A stretch of DNA of 63,681 nt, filler included, from Lama guanicoe (taxonomy: Eukaryota): the NCBI GenBank assembly GCA_013239625.1. It is 138 parts of 138 records of this genome, joined end to end, with 100 filler letters (N's around TTAATTAATTAA, not from the genome) between each part and the next. Parts side by side here need not be neighbours in the genome. Positions count along the whole stretch, not along the records: positions 59,142 to 59,505 come from PNXV01058241.1; positions 59,606 to 59,969 come from PNXV01058242.1; positions 60,070 to 60,433 come from PNXV01058243.1; positions 60,534 to 60,897 come from PNXV01058244.1; positions 60,998 to 61,361 come from PNXV01058245.1; positions 61,462 to 61,825 come from PNXV01058246.1; positions 61,926 to 62,289 come from PNXV01058247.1; positions 62,390 to 62,753 come from PNXV01058248.1; 130 more parts are not named here. The stretch is one strand, 5' to 3'. Position 1 is the first letter of the stretch. The number at the start of each line of letters is the position of its first letter. Positions 59,505-63,681 of this stretch are shown here, piece by piece. The notes under the pieces were generated by a model. It worked only from the letters and a program-made list of their open reading frames with translations. It was not told the DNA's origin and did not search any database. The position numbers and the translations under genes are program-made.

Positions 59505-62389
59505 TNNNNNNNNNNNNNNNNNNNNNNNNNNNNNNNNNNNNNNNNNNNNTTAATTAATTAANNNNNNNNNNNNNNNNNNNNNNNNNNNNNNNNNNNNNNN
59601 NNNNNTGTCCAAAGAGACTGGTAGCCTTGCCTCTGTGTTAGGTGAGGTGGTGTCTCTGGTTTCACTGATCTCAGCCCGAGTCTTCATCTTTGTGATGTTG
59701 GCTTATCTTAGCTAAGTAGCCGTCTGAAAACCAGGAAAGTACCAAGTGTCCCTTTACCTTGCTTGCATGTTCCCATGAAGTAAGGGTGAGCTCTGGTAGT
59801 CCCTCCAGCCTTGAATGCCCATTGTTTCTGTGTAGTCCCAAATTGTCTCCTTGATATGAACGTTGGTAGCGTTCATCTAGTCTCAAGCAGAAATTCCTCC
59901 ATAGCATCAGCAACCACATTATCTGATGGGACAAACCAATATTGTAGAAAGAATTCTAGAAGCAACTCANNNNNNNNNNNNNNNNNNNNNNNNNNNNNNN
60001 NNNNNNNNNNNNNTTAATTAATTAANNNNNNNNNNNNNNNNNNNNNNNNNNNNNNNNNNNNNNNNNNNNTCTCTCTCTCTCTCCTCAATCTTCAGTAAAG
60101 TCTTCTGTGCATACAGAAATTCCCTTCATAACTGGAAAGTGGAAAGAAGACTATGGAATCAGCTAACTTCAAGTTACATGTAAAAACCTGACATTATAAA
60201 CCCTTAATAAATACTAGTTTCTTTCTCCTGTTTTTAAGAGACTGTTGATGAATTGCGTCTCTTGAATGGCTTGTTTCACTCTAACCTCCAGCAATTTGGA
60301 ATAAACAGAAAACAAGGGAATAAGTGAACAATTACCACAAAGAAAAGCACTGTCTTGTTCCACTAGGCTGCACATGTCCAGCAAATGAAAGCACACAATA
60401 GTTTGCCCATCAATTTCCAGTAACACAACATTTNNNNNNNNNNNNNNNNNNNNNNNNNNNNNNNNNNNNNNNNNNNNTTAATTAATTAANNNNNNNNNNN
60501 NNNNNNNNNNNNNNNNNNNNNNNNNNNNNNNNNTTATCTATTCTACAATTTTTTAAGCCAAGTCTTATATAAATTCATGATTTTGAAACCTGGGAGGATG
60601 GTAAGAAGGTTAAACATTTTTCATGTAATCTCATTTTACTGTGAACAGGAGTTAAGTTTTAGAGCTTGGGAGCATGTTTTTAAACACTTTCACATACAGA
60701 AAATAAATTTTGAAAATACACATGCCCTTTGGAATGCTGAGTTGTTTTGGTGTCATCACTAATTTAAAACGTGGGTCATATAACTCTAAGAGATTAGCCA
60801 AGCCAGTGGGGATTCATAGGTCTTTTAGGATATGTGGGAATGGGAACAGAGAGGGACCAATACAGAGGATCATGACTTTATATAACAGAGTGTGGTANNN
60901 NNNNNNNNNNNNNNNNNNNNNNNNNNNNNNNNNNNNNNNNNTTAATTAATTAANNNNNNNNNNNNNNNNNNNNNNNNNNNNNNNNNNNNNNNNNNNNAGG
61001 CATCCCAGGATGTCTGGATCCAGATACTACAAGACATCAGTACTTCTAAGATTGTGTAAACTTAAGCAGTATTACTGGTTTCTTGCGACTGCTGCATTTT
61101 TGCCCTCTCAAAGTTCACAGAGTTCACTCTGTGTGAGTTCAAGCACCATTTCAAAGAGATTCAAAAATATATATACTACATTAGCCCAGAAAACAATGAT
61201 TTGCTTTGAGCAGTATAGACCTGCAACCCACTGTCAGAAATGTCACTGATTAAATTTGGGCAATGTTCACATATACTGATGTTAATTTCTCCTTAATGTT
61301 AAACAAATAAAGTAATTTTTTGCTTTTAAAGAAGAATCTTATTCTACTGTGAAAACATTGGNNNNNNNNNNNNNNNNNNNNNNNNNNNNNNNNNNNNNNN
61401 NNNNNTTAATTAATTAANNNNNNNNNNNNNNNNNNNNNNNNNNNNNNNNNNNNNNNNNNNNAAGCCACAGGTGGCATCTCTTACTTTAAAAGACCCGAAA
61501 GCACAGAGAAGGCAGTAAAAGAAAGGAAAGGGCTGGGGAGGAAGCAGAAATAGAGACGGGGCAGCTGTGGAGGGGAACCTGAGCAGGGATACGGGGCAGG
61601 AGAGATTCCAGGTGTGTTACTGGGGCCTCTTCAGGAGCCTACTTGCGCGGGGAGGGGCCCCTGGCTCCTGAATCCCCCTCATGCAGCTGTGGTTTCTGCG
61701 ATGGCTGCAGCCTGTACCAGTGAGGGCCCCAAACTGCTGGCATGGCTCATGTCAGGACAAATCCTATAGCTAATGCCCTGGCCCCTTTCTGAGTTAAGCT
61801 GAGATAGTAAAGTCATCTCTCCTTTNNNNNNNNNNNNNNNNNNNNNNNNNNNNNNNNNNNNNNNNNNNNTTAATTAATTAANNNNNNNNNNNNNNNNNNN
61901 NNNNNNNNNNNNNNNNNNNNNNNNNCCTGGGGACAGTCTGCACTGGTATCTGGAAAGCTGCTGGACAGAGCAGGAGACCCGAGACACAGCTCTGTGCTTT
62001 GCAGACTTGGGAACACTTTTATTGATCTCAGCTGCTTGTCTGCTTCAGGACAATGATGGCCAGCTGGAGGACTCCCTCTGGGCCAGGTGTCTTTCCTTGT
62101 AGTATGAACATTTCTAGATCCTCATGAGCGCTAACTAGGAAAGTGGAGCACAGAGAAGTTAAGCAGCTCACTTCAGGTTGCACAGCCCCTGGTTTTTGCA
62201 TCCCTGCGATATCCTTCCCTTTGGCGGGTCAAGAAAGACGCTCAGAAAGCCAAGTATCACTTCAAAATTAGCAATATTTTCCCTTGACTNNNNNNNNNNN
62301 NNNNNNNNNNNNNNNNNNNNNNNNNNNNNNNNNTTAATTAATTAANNNNNNNNNNNNNNNNNNNNNNNNNNNNNNNNNNNNNNNNNNNN

Positions 62390-62665
62390 TAGGAACTACA
62401 CACAATGAAACACTCTTGAGCATTTATGAGACAGAAATGAAAAGCTGTGCACAAGAGAAAGGCTGTACACAAATGTTCATAGGTTGTAACAGCCCCAAAC
62501 TGGAAATAACCCCGAAATCCTCCAGTGGGTGAAAAGTTGCAAACTGTGCTACATCCATACCAGGTAACACCACTTAGCAATAAAAATAAAGAAATGATTG
62601 ACAAATACAACTTAGATGAACATCAAAGGAATTATTCTTGAGTTAAAGGCTAATCTCAAAATTTA
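62390..62665 (+). mobile_element. L1MB/ME 3' fragment
   Basis: CACTCTTGAGCATTTAT..GTACACAAATGTTCATAG..AGCCCCAAACTGGAAATAACCC. Confidence 0.75.
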
Positions 62666-63029
62666 CCTGGCTCATGTATTAAAAAACAAGCTATTTATCT
62701 GAGAATTCACCATTTAAAGTCCATTCTTCTACAGCCTTAAGGATGAATTCTTCNNNNNNNNNNNNNNNNNNNNNNNNNNNNNNNNNNNNNNNNNNNNTTA
62801 ATTAATTAANNNNNNNNNNNNNNNNNNNNNNNNNNNNNNNNNNNNNNNNNNNNAGGTTTAACCTAGGAGGGTCCACTCTATCTGTCCTGCTGCCTGTATG
62901 AAACCAGAGGGAATAAGCAGGCTCTCACATCACTCTTGGTACTGACAACCCGCACTGTGAGAGCAAGGCCATCTCCCAACGCCGCAAAAACACCAGGCGG
63001 TGGCAGCAGCAGGGGAGAAGCCAACTGTT

Positions 63030-63217
63030 AGTAAACATCCATTGAGCACCGCGGTAGACATTTTCCCATTGTCATCTCCTTTAATTTTTACAACAATGTC
63101 ATGAGGTGTTACCTTTATTTCAGGAAATTAGTAAACTGAGTCTTAGAAGTTAAATGACTTCTCTAAGAGAAACTACACTGTAGAAAGGGAATTCAAAGCC
63201 AAAGCCAGGTCAACCTG
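63030..63217 (-). mobile_element. MIR SINE
   Basis: ATTGAGCACC..TTTAATTTTTACAACAA..AAACTGAGTCTTAGAAGTTAAATGACTT..ATTCAAAGCCAAAG. Confidence 0.65.
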
Positions 63218-63681
63218 NNNNNNNNNNNNNNNNNNNNNNNNNNNNNNNNNNNNNNNNNNNNTTAATTAATTAANNNNNNNNNNNNNNNNNNNNNNNNNNN
63301 NNNNNNNNNNNNNNNNNCCAAAGCATTGTCCTAAAACAAATAGACTGCCAGATATTTCTCTAGTAAGGATGGGTTTACTTGGTGTCAGCCGAGGGCGGCT
63401 GACGTGGGGTTCTAGAAGGTGAGCAGCCCAAACGAAAAAATACACAAGGAGTTGCCATACCACCGGACAGACTGCAGCAGGAGACACCACGGGGTTAACA
63501 GCACTGTATCCCATTGCCGCGGGGCGGTGCGCGCACCTGTGATGCCCCTGTCCTGCTTTTCACCTGTTCTCTGCCAGCACGGGCGCAATGTGAATTCCTT
63601 TGTGAGGCTCACGGGATGTCTTTAGCAAAAGCGTACTTCTATTTTATTTGTTCTGAATCTTATATAATTGGTGCATGCATA

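Larger units (their letters stand above)
1..63681. other. Artificial concatenation of 138 short unplaced contigs (mammalian, probably camelid)
   Basis: An identical 100-bp linker recurs every ~461-464 bp. Contig length rises 361 (1-14191), 362 (14292-34506), 363 (34607-54867), 364 (54968-63681). Adjacent contigs share no continuity. Confidence 0.98.

Noticed and set aside
59606..59969. Thr/Ser-rich, mucin-like reading on the minus strand (TKMKTRAEISETRDTTSPNTEA)
   Set aside because: Frames are interrupted by stops and the similarity is only compositional.
362..63317. Regularly spaced identical palindromic repeat with unique ~362-bp spacers (CRISPR-, integron- or cassette-like array)
   Set aside because: The repeat sits inside N padding and is a synthetic six-frame stop linker. 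The spacers are size-sorted mammalian contigs, and there are no cas or integrase genes.
63384..63403. Perfect 8-bp hairpin GTCAGCCG-AGGG-CGGCTGAC
   Set aside because: Stems this short are expected by chance in 50 kb, and there is no terminator or RNA-gene context.
18..63625. The many 60-130 aa ORFs in the supplied track, including a shared ...XXXLIN C-terminus
   Set aside because: The LIN/N tails are translated linker. Most ORFs are chance frames in repeats or GC-rich DNA, often with non-ATG starts.

Overview
This window is not a contiguous locus. It is an artificial scaffold of 138 short, unrelated mammalian contigs (nominally 361-364 bp, sorted by increasing length). They are joined by 137 identical 100-bp linkers (N44-TTAATTAATTAA-N44, stop codons in all six frames), so about 49,981 bp is real sequence. 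The tRNA-derived SINEs match the camelid Vic-1 family, pointing to alpaca, llama or camel. Most contigs are interspersed repeats (L1, MIR, L2, MLT1, ERVL, Tigger1, MER53) or unremarkable intronic/intergenic DNA. Nearly all ORFs in the supplied track are spurious, and many simply end in the linker. Recognisable gene-derived pieces are a disabled GRID1 exon-2 copy (frameshift plus TAG, splice donor kept), a disabled ZFHX2 zinc-finger fragment, and a divergent ANKRD26/POTE-family first coding exon. There are also a few unassigned candidate exons, three CpG-island/promoter fragments, a candidate first exon overlapping an RFX X-box, and a ~248-bp-period candidate satellite. No multi-gene system can be supported because neighbouring contigs are not linked. 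All family assignments are from recalled sequences, not database searches.
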